DNA of 64,000 nt, from assembly GCF_006345805.1 (NCBI RefSeq), contig NC_042997.1:169074001-169138000 (forward strand), written 5' to 3'. The notes below the pieces were generated by a model. It did not search any database. It was not told the origin of the DNA and saw nothing but the letters and a program-made list of their open reading frames with translations. Both the position numbers and the translations under genes were made by a program. This document shows, in pieces, positions 41,601 through 55,930 of the stretch (the stretch's first letter is position 1; the number at the start of each line of letters is the position of its first letter). The stretch is from Octopus sinensis (lineage: Eukaryota).

Positions 41601-41857
41601 CTTGTTTGATTTAGAAATGTCTTCTCTAACTTGAAGTGCTCCAGGTCCTGCTGAAGGCAAGCATGTTTGAAACACAGTTATTCTTCCTCCAGTTGGACTA
41701 AGAAGTTTATATGAAGCTTCTAAAGTGGCTCCTAGTGCATTTCCGGTTTCCATGTTGTTTGCAAAAAGCTGAGGAAGTTGTTGCAACAGGTCTTGCACAA
41801 GGTCATGGCTTTCATGTAAATTCACTAGCAAACTGTCAGGTAATGGAAGGAAAATAT
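41601..41857 (-). CDS. SEC24A/B: Sec24A/B-like exon, trunk domain
   Basis: TTTTTGTAG acceptor and AAG|GTATGT donor; 257 nt; (D)IFLPLPDSLLVNLHESHDLVQDLL...SPTGGRITVFQTCLPSAGPGALQVREDISKSNK. Confidence 0.96.
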
Positions 41858-42022
41858 CTACAAAAAAAAGTCAAAATAGTCAATTATAACCTTTAAGACA
41901 TTTTCATTTACATTGAAGTTTCTCAATCATTTTTTACCAATGGATCCCTTTGATTCCTATTTTACTTGGATAGACCCTCCTAACCATTTGATGTGTTATT
42001 AAATCATATTACATTATATTAT

Positions 42023-42178
42023 TAGGAATTATTCTTTTACTTGTTTCAGCCATGCGGCTACAGTCATGTTGGAGCACAAAAAAATTTTTAATATTTTGCA
42101 TATTGTAAAAGCATAACCGATTTATTGCAGATAAATTCCAACAGCAAAATTTTATATGGACCTCCAAGGACCATACAG
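42023..42178. repeat. Intronic segment duplicated in inverted orientation at 56790-56948
   Basis: Base-by-base reverse-complement alignment shows about 7 substitutions plus an A-run length difference. Confidence 0.92.
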
Positions 42179-43667
42179 ATACCAGTTGAGACCCAATAAT
42201 ACAAGTTGTAAAAATTTTTTTAACAAGTACATTTTGTCAATCAGAAATATCTTTATTATGTTAGATGAATTTACATTTTCTTCCTGATGAAAAATTTTCT
42301 AATTTTTACTTAGTGGAAAGAATGTAGATATTTGAAATACTGATAGACTGAAAACTTGAGTAATTAAGTTAAAACTGTTCATCATAGTTTGAACTATGAC
42401 CAACCAGGATTTCAAATCTCAATCCCCTTCTAAAGCCAGTCTAAAGAATGTTATCCCATCTTCCAACTAGATTTACTGAAGCATGTAGACTAACATAATT
42501 TGCTTAAAAGGACAAAACAATGTTTATTTAGCCCTTTCATTATCATATTTCTGTTGAAATACACTGCTTTGATTCAATAAATTTTAAAAATAAGGAAAGA
42601 TTTAGTAAAACAGGTGTTGTTTTTAATCTGGTATTTAGAACAAAATTGCCATAGAATTTTGAGAAAAGGCTTTAGTTTAGATCACTTTACAACAAGAGGT
42701 TTGTATCATAAGATCAGAGGTAGTCTTAGGTGGGTTGGTATCAAAAGGGTTAAACTTCTAAAAGGCAGAAACTATGAAGTGCCAGTTATGTTTTCAATAT
42801 CTCTCTGTTCTGAGTTCAATTTAAATCTTTTAAAGGTCAACTCTGCATCCATGTGTCCTATCAATAAAATACCAGTCATGTATGAGGGTTGATTCAGCCA
42901 AATTACCTCTATATAACATAACTTCATAACTGTGGCAAATAAGAAATCAATATTTGATGATGATGATGATGGTGCTAACATCTTAATACTTCAAACAATA
43001 CATTCAAGATGAAATAAGATATATTCAAATGGATGGTGAAATTAGTACAACTAGTAACAAATTCTGAACAAATGATCCTATGATTTAAATGGTCTCTATA
43101 TTAGTAACAAATCAACTAAAAAAGAATCACAATTCATACTAGGAGTGCCAATCTAACTTGCTTTTACTTATAGTAGTTGCAGGTGGGGAAGAGTCACAGA
43201 TTTGGGTGCAATCTCTGTCGGAACAATATGAGAAATAGGTCAAGAAGAAAGACAGTTTGAAAAAAAGACTTTCTATTTCTTTACTGAGAGGCATCAGCAC
43301 TTAAGACAGATGTAAAGAGATAATGTAAAGTAAATATTGAGGCATGAATGATAGCCTGGTAAAGGCAAGAAGAACAAGAAGATTGTTCACATCTAACAAT
43401 GTTATATAAGAATAATATAGAACAGTGTTCTGCAACCTTTTTTTCACTTGTGGTACACTTATATTTTTTTCAAATTTCAGCAGCACACCTAAACTAAAAA
43501 TATAACTAAAAGTATAGTGAAAAAAATTATTTTCAGGTTACATTACACTGCTGCACACCTAGCATCGTCTCATGACACACCAGTGTGGAGCAATGATGTG
43601 GAATGCATTAAGAGGTAACTATAAAACCACAGAATCTAGAATAAATATTAGCAACATGTAAACTTAC

Positions 43668-43832
43668 CATCTATGTCAGAGACAGTCAGCATTTGAGGCT
43701 GAGACAGACCTTCAGCTAAATTGAAAAAATGGATTGCTCTATCAAAAGCTATAAAACCTATCTGTGTACGTGAATCACCAGGTAATTTTTCTAGTTCTGC
43801 CAGTAAGGTTTTACATACAACTGTAAGATAAC
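43668..43832 (-). CDS. SEC24A/B: Sec24A/B-like exon, trunk domain
   Basis: TTTTTCAG acceptor and G|GTAAGT donor; 165 nt; YLTVVCKTLLAELEKLPGDSRTQIGFIAFDRAIHFFNLAEGLSQPQMLTVSDID. Confidence 0.96.
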
Positions 43833-44676
43833 CTGAAAAATATAAATAAGATATTTAGAAAATTTCATTTATGATTTTCAAAATGATTTTACCAATTACA
43901 AAAATATTTATGATGTATGAAACATTAATTAAAAGAAACAATTTATTTTAATTGTAACCTTTAAAACAAGTGTTCGTTGTATTCCTCCCAAATACTGGAG
44001 AGAGTCAAATTGCAGTAAAAACCTAATTCCTTCTCAATGATCTCAAAATTTTGTTTTAAAATTAATTCAAAAATTAATATTTTGATATTAGCCAACAAAA
44101 ATTAAACTAAATCTTCATATCCTAAATAAAAATCACTATAACAACTAAGAGAACAGGAATAATGTCAATTTAAATTCTTTGAATCACTCCCATTCTGTTA
44201 TGCAATGATACTGGAATAGCACACATGTGATTGCTATAAATTGACACTTTTACATGAACTATTTAAATAAGATTTTCACAAAGGATTTTTTCCAGTGTCA
44301 TTCAAGACAGTAATTGCTTCTAAGGTAAGTCAGATCAAAAGTTTTGCTTCAGAATAAACAGCAACCTATGTGAGAACATTGTTGGTGCGAACAAACTAAG
44401 AGCTAAAAACTGAGGTAGATTTTCTATGGTTGGATGCCTTTCCTGCTGCTAACCTTCCATTATACACTAAGCATAATAGCTTTTTACCACTACAAGTAGT
44501 GTTATATTATTGAAGGGTTTTATATTGATGCTAAAGTTTACATTTACTAATGAGTGCTGAATGCTGTAGTACTAATGTAACTATCTATTCCAATAATTTG
44601 TAATAAAGATACGAGTGAAAATCACAATGATAAGAGAAAGCAATTTTCAAAATTAAGTAAATAGCCTCATACACAC

Positions 44677-44743
44677 CAGTTTCTATTGCATTATATGTTA
44701 CATCCAAAACAAAGAGGTACACAGCTGGCTGAGGAGGTCGCAA
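44677..44743 (-). CDS. SEC24A/B: Sec24A/B-like exon, start of trunk domain
   Basis: TTTCCAG acceptor and G|GTGTGT donor; 67 nt; LRPPQPAVYLFVLDVTYNAIET(G). Confidence 0.95.
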
Positions 44744-45469
44744 CTGGAAATAAATATAAAAAATGAGTGAATGGATGAAAGACAAATTCAAGAGATTCAT
44801 GACAAAATCCAAGAATGAACTACCTTCACAGAAATAAGCCTCTTGTCAGTAGATTTAAAAGAATGATTAAATCTACTGAATTTTTACTTTAATACATTGC
44901 ATATACTATCAAAATAAAATTAATGTTCAAAGAAATCATTTCTTTCTTTGCAAATAAAAGCTTTTGAATCTAGAACAGTTAAAAGTTCTGTTGTTTGTGC
45001 TGCACAATAAGAATATTTCAAAGTGCATAGTTACTGAATATTGTAAGAATATTGAAAAATAGTAAGCAATACTACAATTCTTCAAGACCCAAGTTGCCAA
45101 TATCAAAGCCTGCATATATAACACTATAACTATGGAACAAAATCAAAGACAACATTTATCGTATACAGAGCATTTATATTATTTATAAAACAACTGACTG
45201 ATGAACAAATACATTGATCACTGTTATTCTCATTTAATGTCTACTTTTTCAATGGGTCACACAAAATTTCTTGAAGCAGATTTTCTATGGATGGATGCCA
45301 TCCCTGTCAACAATCCTCACCTGTTTCCAAACAACAACATATTTCCCATAGCCAGACTTGTTTCTCACAGGAGACTAAAAAACAAAGAGCGTCACTTGTG
45401 TGATGGTGATGCTCATTTACAACTATTATGGTTGAGAAGTAAGCTTCTTAACCACACAGCCATACATAC

Positions 45470-45516
<47 letters not shown>

Positions 45517-45519
<3 letters not shown>

Positions 45520-45848
45520 TGAGACCCCCACCTTCAGTCATGACTGACCAAGGGACTGCACCTAGAAAGTTACCCTCCCAGGCACAAGTCCGGGCAAAGT
45601 TGTTTATGGAAGACCAGCAGTCGCCCATGCATACCAGCCTCCACACCACCAGTGTTATCCAAGGAAAAGGCAAAGACCAATACAGCTTGGCACCTGTGAT
45701 ATCGCAACTCATTTCTACAGCTGAGTGAACTGTAGCTACATGAAATAAAGTGTCTTGCTCAAGAACACAACATGCAGCCCAGTCCAGGATTCAAACTCAC
45801 AACCTCACGATCGTAAGTTCAATGCCCTAACCACTGAGCCATGCATCT

Positions 45849-45850
<2 letters not shown>
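45517..45850 (-). mobile_element. tRNA-derived SINE inserted in a (TA)n tract
   Basis: Minus strand carries A-box TGGCTCAGTGG and B-box-like GTTTGAATCC; (TA)n on both sides. Confidence 0.78.
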
Positions 45851-45900
<50 letters not shown>

Positions 45901-46259
45901 AATCTATAGCTCAATGAACCAGCTCTGTACTTTATTCACTGGGACTGTGGTTTCAAGTTCAGCAATATGCAATTTCCTCTGATATGAAAGTAAAGATATA
46001 ATTCACTATATTAAAATTTGTTGAAGCTTTACCAAAGCAGATCACAAGATAATATTAGACATTGAAATAAAAGATTCATTTTGCAAAAATCAAAATGTTA
46101 AAAATATAACCAATGGTTTAAATTAAAGATAAATTTACTCAATTTCATTTAAAACTATTTCTCAGTTGGAGCAAGAATATTCAGCCTTCAGTAGCCCACA
46201 TAACATGAATATTATAATAGAAAATTATTATTCAGAAAAAATTTCTTTTAAAGACGTAC

Positions 46260-46369
46260 CATGTATTCAGAAGGTGCAATGAACTCAATTGTAGAAGATC
46301 TCACTTCAGGTCTGCGTTGTGGATCTCCATATGTTCTTGATACGGGATCAAAAGAAAATTCTTCTGGTA
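46260..46369 (-). CDS. SEC24A/B: Sec24A/B-like exon
   Basis: CTTTACAG acceptor and ATG|GTACGT donor; 110 nt; (L)PEEFSFDPVSRTYGDPQRRPEVRSSTIEFIAPSEYM. Confidence 0.96.
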
Positions 46370-47560
46370 CTGTAAAGAATTGTAAAAATAAGGGTTATGA
46401 AATTTGACTGTAAACCTCTTCAACATATAGATTATAAAAATAATTCATTAAAAAGAAAAAGAGTTAATATAGCAACTACATCACAATTATTTCATACTAT
46501 TGAAACATTACACAGAAGAAATGTCAGATTATACCAACAAAATAAAGTAAATAAATACTAAATTAACCTTGGGTTAAAAAAGATTAATTAAACCTCATAC
46601 GAATAAACAAAATTGATTGTGTTATGATCAGAAACATAAAAGTGTAAAGTTCTTTACTCTTTGTAAACATTACAAAGCAAAATTTCATTTTAACGAACAG
46701 TGCTAAATAAAGCTTCAATATTTACACATATTTCTAAAAGTCATTGAAAATTATACATAACCTAACCAGATAGAAAAAGGAAAAAAAAAAACAAAAAAAC
46801 CTAGTATGAAATTTTACTCCTACTTTTTGATTAAAATAAACTCATATGCTACATAATCATGAATTGCTTTCTTTCTGATATTTCATTAGAAATATTGAAA
46901 TACTTAGGCAAAAATTTTGATATACTGCTCATGAATAAAAAAAAAATGCTAAATTTAGTAAATGCCTCTATGCACAGATATTGCAACAAATCTAAAAATA
47001 TGTGTGTATGTTGATATATGCACTAATATAATTTTGATATTTGTGAAAGTACACTTATTAAGAAGATAGCTTGCAGACAAGTCACTCACTTGAAAGCCCC
47101 AAACAACAAGTAATACTTATACAAAGCAGACAATGTAACACTGAGGACACATATACTTAACCTTAATGACAGTGAATCAATATTGATCATGAGTACTGGT
47201 TCTAGCACTAGAAACGGAGGAAGGTGCTCAGTGTGCATGTGCATAAAATATAGATTGCACTCACCTGCTTCTCCTCCATCAGAGCCACTATGATCATCAC
47301 CTAAATACCATATTGGGAGTATACTATCAGAGCAGTAAGGGAATGAGCAGTGCTTATTCCAAAGCAATATTTATAATGCACTTAAATGCAAAATTTGACA
47401 AAAGTATGCATAACTGCACATATCTAATTGAACTTGTGAGGCTAGTGAAAGAAAACTCACTATTGTTAAATAGATCTCTAAGCAGAAAAAAATATACAAG
47501 CAACCTGATTGAAAAGAAGTTAAAGCCTTCTTCCGTGTGTGTGTGTGTAAGTACATGAAG

Positions 47561-47594
<34 letters not shown>

Positions 47595-47679
47595 GGGGGG
47601 TGTATTCTTTTATTTGTTTTAGTCATTTGAGTGCGGCCATGATGGAACAACACCTTGTAGGGTTTTAGTCGAACAAATC

Positions 47680-47953
47680 ATCGCCTTACTGACACCTGTG
47701 CCGTTGGCATGTGTAAAAACTTCGAGCGAGGTTGCTGCCAGTACCGCCTGACTGGACCCCATGCCGGTAGCACGTCAACGCACCCACTACACTCTCAGAG
47801 TGGTTGGCGTTAGGAAGGGCATCCAGCTGTAGAAACTCTGCCAGATCAAGACTGGAGCCTGGTGCAGCCATCTGGTTCGCCAGCCCACAGTCAAACCGTC
47901 AAATCCATGCCAGCATGGAAAGCGGACGTTAAACGACGATGATGATGATGATG
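47680..47953 (+). mobile_element. RTE 3' end inserted into a SINE
   Basis: (GAT)n tail; AAATC direct repeats at 47675-47679 and 47954-47958; SINE halves at about 47597-47679 and 47954-48175. Confidence 0.82.
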
Positions 47954-49149
47954 AAATCTACCTCAAGACTTATTTTTTTAAGCCTAGTACTTATTCTATC
48001 AGTCTCTCTTGCCAAACAGCTAAGTTACAGGGATATAAACAAACCAACACTGGTCATCAAGTGGTGATGGTGTGGGGGTGGGGGGCAAATACACACAAAC
48101 ACATATATATACAATGGGCTTCTGAACCTAGAACCACGTGGTTGGTAAGCAAGCTACTTACCACACAGCCACACCTTATATATTAAAGTTAATATATAAG
48201 TTCAGTCTGATGAATTATTGTTGATGATTATCAAATACATCACACTTTTCAAAATTTTGATAGTTTTTCATTTTGTTATTGTTGTTCTATTTTCAAACCA
48301 TTTTTATTTCAATTGTAGCTGTTTACTTATAAAACTAACATATTTCAGAAAGGCAAAGTTTCATAACTTTTCATCCTATCCACTAAAAACCAAAATTTTC
48401 TCAATTTTTCTTAAGTAAACTCTATTTCTTTCAATAATATAGAAGCTGAATAGAGAAACAGAATATTTGCTACATCAGATGTAAAATGAAATGAAAAATT
48501 TTAAAACAGGACAATCTAAGACAATTTTTGAAGAATACAATATTAAATCTTACTAATTTCTGTATGTTGTATGTACTGCTTAAGATAACTGAACAATCAA
48601 ATAATTAAAAACTGAGACATTTACTGAAAGACCTAATGAAAACACTTGTTTACTCATCAACTAGTGTTAGTGAGGTTAAAAGCAAAATTTTACATATATA
48701 CTGAATTTTTTTAAGATAATTCATATAAGATCAATTTCATGTTCAAAAATCACAGAAGATAAATGTTAACATAGGAAATTCCTTGCATCTTATCTTGTCC
48801 TCACATTTAGCATTAACTTTCGATTTTTAACATCTAACTTCAAATAATAAGAAAGGGCCATTTATCATTATTTCATAGTGATTTTATAACTTGTAGAAAA
48901 GGTTTTAGGAGGCATTTATTTACAAAATTAAATAATTACTAACAAATAAATAGCTAGAAAGATAATCAGTAAAGAAAAAAATTAATTATACTGGTAATAA
49001 AAATTTTTAGAGAATATATTAAGTTTCAAATAATCAAAAATTCACAAAAAAGATAATCTGTATTTTATCCAAAGAATACTAGAATATACAATTTGTGTTG
49101 ATTTTTTAATATTTTATTTCATACTGATGATATCAAAGCAGTCAGTTAA

Positions 49150-51170
49150 TGTTCTTGAACACTTGTAAGTTAACTGTTGCAGGAAAAATATGGAAAGGGA
49201 AAGAATTTCATATAGGTGATGTTCTGAGGAGTAGGGCTAGGCAAAATAGTGCAAAGCTTAAGCAAGAAGGGAAGAGTGAGGTCAGAGTACATGAAAGGAA
49301 GTGATACAAAACTAGCAAGTTTAGAAAAGCAGATGCCACAGCTGTAGCAGTAGAAAATGCAGAAGAGATAGCACATCTATGATCTAATTTCATTGGGTTT
49401 TGGCAAGCAACATCTTGCCAATCAAGAGGATTGCCTCCTTTTCTGTTGTGTGTGGTCTAGGATGTCTGCAGCACTGTCCTTGTGATGGAAGTAATGCAAC
49501 ATTCTAGATCTCACTTTGTGAAAGGTTAGTAATTGTTGGATGCTGAGGTATTTCTTGGTCCTGACGAAGAAGAAGGCCAGTCTTTGTGATGCAATCATTG
49601 ATATGCTGAAAATATGGAACTGCCAGAAAAGATTCCCACTGATTGTGAGATCTAAAATTTGTAACCTTGAGAGCTCTAGCTGATTATTGTTCAAGTTTAA
49701 GGAGAACAGGCCAAGATACTGCTTTCCAGATATATGTAGTGATTGTGTCTGTGGGCTGTTGAAGCATAAAGAACAGTAAGATCTCATTGGAGATTTTATT
49801 TTCTAGGCTTCTATTCAATGAGTCAATGCAAATTTGACATGAGGTGCCAGGGTTGCATGCAGATGACACTTTGGTATGAAAGGTTAGAGAGGAATGAAGG
49901 ACAGTAACATTTGCACATCCACATAAGAATAGGCATTGATGGTGGTGATTGTTGATCTATATAAGAGGAAGACTGGGTGGGAGAAGCCAAACATTAGGTA
50001 TCTCAGAGTTAATAAAGGCTGAATCAGAGAGAGAGCTGCATCAGAATGTTTTAATAGTGCATCTCACAGGAAACCTCCAATCCATGAGACAAGAAACACA
50101 GTTTCATCAAATTTCTCAAGTGTGAAAATATACTGGCAAGACAGGAGACTAGCTCTTGGTAGGTCTCTACAAAAGCCATACTAGTAGTCATTTAGTTGGA
50201 GAGAGAAATTCAAGGAAATGGAGAAGGTAATTATTAATGATTCGCTCTATCATCTTTGAAATGCTGAAAGTGAAGGCAATAAATCACTATGTGGCAGAGC
50301 CAGAGGAATTGCCCCTCTTGGGAATGGAACACACTTGAGAGAGAGATAGAGACTGAAGAGATTGGTAAGGAAAAGAGTGAGCCTTGAATGTAATGTTTGA
50401 GGGCAATGCAAAGAACATAGTCAGACCCAGTGGACTTATTGGTTTGAAGCAATGTGGGGTATTTTTGCATTTGGCATGTATCTAAAAATAGTGGTGGGCC
50501 TGGAAGAATATAGAGATAGAGTTTTCGGAGGTAATTTATCTCGTACTTGCAATGTGAAAATGGATGTAAATTGGTTAACGAATAAAGGGTTTTCTTTGAA
50601 TTAGTACTGCTTACAGACCAACATGGTTGAGAAGTAGAGAAAAGGTAGAGTCCGCAAAGTTGGTAGAGATCTTTTGGCAAGGAACCAAAATGATCAGTTA
50701 TAGTTTGGGAGAAAGAACTTGTAGGCTGTGAGATGCATAAAAGCATCCTTCATTGTTCCTAGTGATGGTCTTACAGGTGTTGCAGTAGTAAGGTTTCTAC
50801 TGGGTAGTAAGGTTTCTCTAGGCCTTGTAGGCCATATTCTTTGCTTGAACTGCAGGAATGCAGTTAGTGAAATACTTGAGCGATTTTGAGTTATGAAACT
50901 TTTGTTTTTATTATGCATGAGATGCCTATTTTAAGTCAAGGGTGAAGCACATGCAATATGACAAATAGTAAGCACAGAACTGGAACTCAGGTGACCTGAA
51001 GTGCCAGAGGGTCCAAGAGAGGTGAAATTGTTGTGGATGAGTAGCTAATGAGGATAAGACAGTAGTCAGGTGACCTGATGGGTGCAGAAACAGTGACAGT
51101 ATGACAGAAGCTGGCTTTGGAAGTGAGAAAAGAGAACAAGGGTGTTTAATGTGCCAGTGTATTGATAAGA
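49150..51170 (-). mobile_element. Old CR1/Jockey-like LINE RT remnant
   Basis: Frame-broken FNSPQTQ.L.IS, ILDLTISGNLFWQFHIFSISMIASQRLAFF..TKKYL and PVFLLY...SYVD (YADD-like) remnants. Confidence 0.65.
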
Positions 51171-52051
51171 CAAGCATGCAGCAAATGAAATTTATTGTTG
51201 TATTTTATATTGTTTAGCAACATTAAACTGTTTGAGAAAATCATCATCATTTAACGCCTGTTTTCCATGCTGGCATGGGTTGGACAGATTGACTGAAAAC
51301 TGGTAAGCTGGAGAACTGCACCGGGTTCCAATCTGATTATAATTAAGTGAAAATTTTGCTAATGGTTTAGCAGCATTTTCAAAACAATTTGATCTTGATT
51401 TCTTGTATAACAATGAGAAAAATGAAATTTTAACAACAGAAAAGTGAAGCCACTTTCCCTGACTTTACTATAGTATTGAGAGTTTGAAATTGGCTTCTGT
51501 TTTTTCATTCCCTTACTAACAAAGGAAAAATTTTCTTCTACACATTATTTTGGAGCTATACTTGTTTGACTCAATCAGAGATCATGTGGTTAACTTGAAT
51601 CAATTACAATAGTGTCAGTGACCAGCTCAAAGATATACAGCAGGGTTTCTCTGTTTGCCTATCTCTACATAAAGCAATATAAACAATATATTGTAAAGCA
51701 GTGAAATATAGACAGCAAATATGAAAGATCTGCACTGTCAGCAGTGATTTATTGGATGTGCAATATTGCAAGGTGGTGTGTAAATGAGTTAAGAAATAGT
51801 TGGGAAAGTGATGTATCCTCATTAATGTTGTGTTCAACAATCAGAAACATCATAGGGCCTAGAATTGTGCCATTTCTTTTTTTATTGTTTAACTCTAATA
51901 TTCTATTCTAATATTCTATTGTAAATTGCTGAGTATAGCATTTACATATAGAAAAAAAATAACTAATTAAAAAATAACTAATTAAAAAAAATTATTTATA
52001 TAATTTTATAAAATGACTAATGCTTTACAATTCACAATGATAAACACTTAC

Positions 52052-52178
52052 AGTCATTGATTCTATAACACAGGTTGCACTTCCATCGAGTACGATCCAC
52101 AAAACTTATAAAAGGATTGATGTATGTGCGACAGGAACGACAACGTACAATCACAGTGGATGTTATCACAGGCAGCTG
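52052..52178 (-). CDS. SEC24A/B: Sec24A/B-like exon, zinc finger
   Basis: TTTTGCAG acceptor and T|GTAAGT donor; 127 nt; QLPVITSTVIVRCRSCRTYINPFISFVDRTRWKCNLCYRIND (Sec23/24 zinc finger, CxxC...CxxC). Confidence 0.97.
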
Positions 52179-54288
52179 CTGCAAAATGCATAACAAAAAC
52201 AACAGTTATAGGAAAAAGACCCACACACATGTAAAATAAATGCCTTAATTTTCAATGCATTAAGTAACAAGCTGAAACAGTATTTTTTAATTACATTTAA
52301 CTCTAATAAATTTAACAGATAAATAAATGGGATGGAAATGGTAAAAATGGATTAAAAATTTCTATAATCTTTCACCAGAAATGATAAAAACAAGGTTAAC
52401 CTCATATAAAATATAGCAATCAAGAATTCACTACATCAAATGAATGGGGAAAAGATGTGGAGAATCCTTTAAAGTAAAAAGAGAATACTCTGATTTTCAC
52501 CTACTTAACAATCAGTAGGAACTTGTGAATCTAGCAAAAATCACACCAAATCTGCAAATCATGAAACCAATTATACTTCTTTCTATCAAACAAGGAAAAG
52601 ACTACATCATTTTTAGGATACATACAACTGTCTGAGAAACAGTCTCATACAATCTAGTCATCATTCTTGCCATTTTAACAAATATTTTTTCCATGTAGAA
52701 ATGGATTGAGTAGATCATCGTATAATTTCCATTCACCATCTCAATCCTTGTTAAATTGGGACTTTAAAGATTAAGGTCTTAAAAGCTGACCTTAACTCAT
52801 TTCTACTCATGACTTCCTGAATCTTCTACTACAAATATATTCCACTGTCAGCAAGCAGCACCTTTTCATTCATTGTCTATATCAGAGAAGTTGTTTCCTA
52901 AATGCATTAGATTCAACTGTTCACTCAATTTACCTCTTCCATGTTAAAGATACACATTAAACAGCCCACTCTTGACTTATTTTTCTCTGCCTTGACAAAT
53001 TTTCTACAATTAATACCTGAATTTCAAAACAATGCAGTGCAACAAGCCTTACACAAACTTCATATCTACTTTTACATCAAGGAAAAAATAACCCTTTGTT
53101 GTTAACAAAGGTGATAGCACCCCACATTTCTTTCCTACATGTCTTAAGTCATCTAGGTTGTTAATGTGCATCACTCCACGGGTATTCTGAACAGTTTACT
53201 TTTCTGTCACAGAAGTCCTGGTCCTCAGTTAATCTGTCAGAGATTCTGTTGTAATCTTTGTACTTGAGGTTAGTTAAGACTAGGAATTTTATATTTTTAC
53301 AGAGGGTACTCATCACCCCAAGTAATTTCCAACTATTAAATGCTCCCTATATCAACTCTAAATAATATTTAATGGTTGTTTATTCACATTTCACACTGGC
53401 ATTGGAAATGCTAAAAAGAAGTTATGGTCCCGTGGTCTGTCAATATCAGAGGGTAGTGAGTAGTCAGAATCATTTGGTATTTGGCTACAGCCTTATATGT
53501 TATGAGTTCAAATCTTACTAAGATCAACTTTGCCTTTTATTTTTCAAGAGTTCCCAAAATAAAATACCAGTCCAGTGCTGGGGGTAATTTTATCTGGCTA
53601 TCTACACCCCAAATACCTGGCCTTGCACCAATATTAAAAATTAGTATTGTAGTAAAGTAACTTTCAACAAACTCTTCACTATATTTAAAATGGTTGCTAT
53701 ACTTCATACCCAAAATCTTAGGTCAAATATCTCATAATTGAATTATGAAATTTAACCCAAACCATCACATTGAACAACTTATGTCTTATCAGGTATCTCT
53801 GTAATATTGCTCAAAAAGGGGCAACTGGAGCAACTCAATAACTAATCCAGCACCAACACAGAAACTCAAAAGGCAATTATGGCTGGCATAAATTTCACAT
53901 TTTAAAATATAAATTTTGTCCCCCACTACTACAGGACAAATAGTGTTGGTGTGTTTACATCCTTCTAACTTAGAGTTTTGGTAAAGGAGACCAATAGAAC
54001 ATGTACCAGGCTTAACATAAAATAAGTACTAGGGTTTAATTAATTCAACTAATAACTGAAACGAGTAGAAGATAAAAGTAAAAAGATAATCATCAATGCT
54101 GTTCACAAACATTTAATTAAAATTTTAAAAACACCCTTTCATCGCTACAAATAATTGTGACAATAGGCAAATACAGTTGAGTGATTAACATGCTGAACTT
54201 CTGGATCATAATGGTCGTAAAGTCAAACCCTGATAGGAATAATGAGTTTGGTGAAGTACATTACAATCTATCTAAGAGAAAATGGTAA

Positions 54289-54680
54289 CTCTCTTTTTTA
54301 CTCATTTCAGTCATTTGACGGTGGCCATGCTGGAGCACTACCTTTAGTTGAGCAAAGTGACCCCAGGACTTATTCTTTGCATGCCTAGTACTTATTCTAT
54401 CGGTCTTTTATGCTGAACCGCTAAGTTATGGGGACGTAAACACACCACTATCGGTTGTCAAGCGATGTTAGGGGGACAAACAGACACACACACACACACA
54501 TATATATATATACATATATACGACGGGCTTCTTTCAGTTTCCGACTACCAAATCTACTCACAAGGCTTTGGTTGGACCGAGGCTATAGTAGAAGACACTT
54601 GTCCAAGGTGCCACGTAGTGGGACTGAACCCGGAACCACGTGGTTCGTAAGCAAGCTACTTACCACACAGCCACACCTAC
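54289..54680 (-). mobile_element. Full-length tRNA-derived SINE
   Basis: Reverse complement of the 28661/59076 family. Confidence 0.88.
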
Positions 54681-55384
54681 TTGACTAAAATTTAATAAAC
54701 TGGAAAAAAATAGTTAATAAAAATAAATTTCTGAGAAGATTTTAATTTAAATTGGTAAGTATATCAGTAAGAGTGAAGGTGAAACAGATGTTTAGCATAG
54801 CCAACAACTGTCTATCAATCTACAACAATTATCTAGAAACCAATGACGAAACTGCTGGAGATTATGATACATAAACAACAACTCATTATTCTAAGTTCAT
54901 TTAGCAGATTAAACAACAACAACAACAATAATAATAAGGCTGTAAAGTGCTGAAAAATGTTTGACAAAAACAAAATAATACATGTAATCAGTCCAATGAA
55001 TACAAAGGTCAGCTTATCTCATGATACAATAATAACATTTTACAATAGAACTATTGTTAATATAGAGCAGAAGCATCAAACTGGATCATCAAATTTCCAA
55101 GTTCAAATCCCACTAATATATACTGACTTTCATCACCCAGAAACAACAAAAACAACAACAACAACGCCACCACCATCTCGAAGATCTATGATCAAAAATA
55201 TTTCAATTATTACTATGTCATCAGGTTGTTATTTCTAGCAAGGTGAGCAACCATAAAAGCTCCCCACTTATTGGCTCAATAAATACTAATACAATAATAG
55301 CATACTGAAGTTTGTTTCAGTTGACAATAATCTTCTCTTCACACTCGAAGAGCTAGTAAAACTAATAAAGAAAATACTACGTAC

Positions 55385-55487
55385 CGTAAGATCTTTAAAT
55401 GGATGGATAATTACTCCTAATGGTAATCGAGATTTGGTCAATAACGCTGAAGTCTGGGGTACAGCATTTAACGTACAACGGAATATT
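55385..55487 (-). CDS. SEC24A/B: Sec24A/B-like exon
   Basis: TTTCCAG acceptor and ACG|GTACGT donor; 103 nt; [34 protein letters not shown] (conserved Sec24 FRCTL...LPLG...HPF). Confidence 0.96.
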
Positions 55488-55529
55488 CTGGAAATAAAAA
55501 GGTTAAATAACTGAAACATCTAGTAGCAA

Positions 55530-55930
55530 TGAATTACAGTAGATAACATGTTATAATAATAATAATGAAATTATTGTATAGTGCTCAGGTGCACCACAAC
55601 TTGTCAGAAAGTGCATATAAAGTGTATGCAGTAATGTACAAATGACTGGAAAGCGAACAATGTATGAGTCAGATACATGCTTGCATGTGTATGGAGGGAA
55701 GAAAATCAGGTGTAGTGTTGGCGAATCTAAGAAAGCATGGAAGTTTTGAAGGATGCAGTGCTCCGACAACTAACAACTGATGCCGGCAGTTTGTTCCATG
55801 CTTCAGCAACTCTCAGCGTGAAAAAATGTTTCCTAAAGTCATGGGAGCTGTGCTGTTTTCTGACTTTGTAAATATGTCCACGGGTGTTAGGCAGGTGGAG
55901 TTTGAAAAGGTGCTCAGAGTTGTTGATAAA
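55530..55930 (-). mobile_element. CR1-type LINE 3' fragment
   Basis: NTRGHIYKVRKQHSSHDFRKHFFTLRVAEAWNKLPASVV...FKTSM. Confidence 0.8.
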
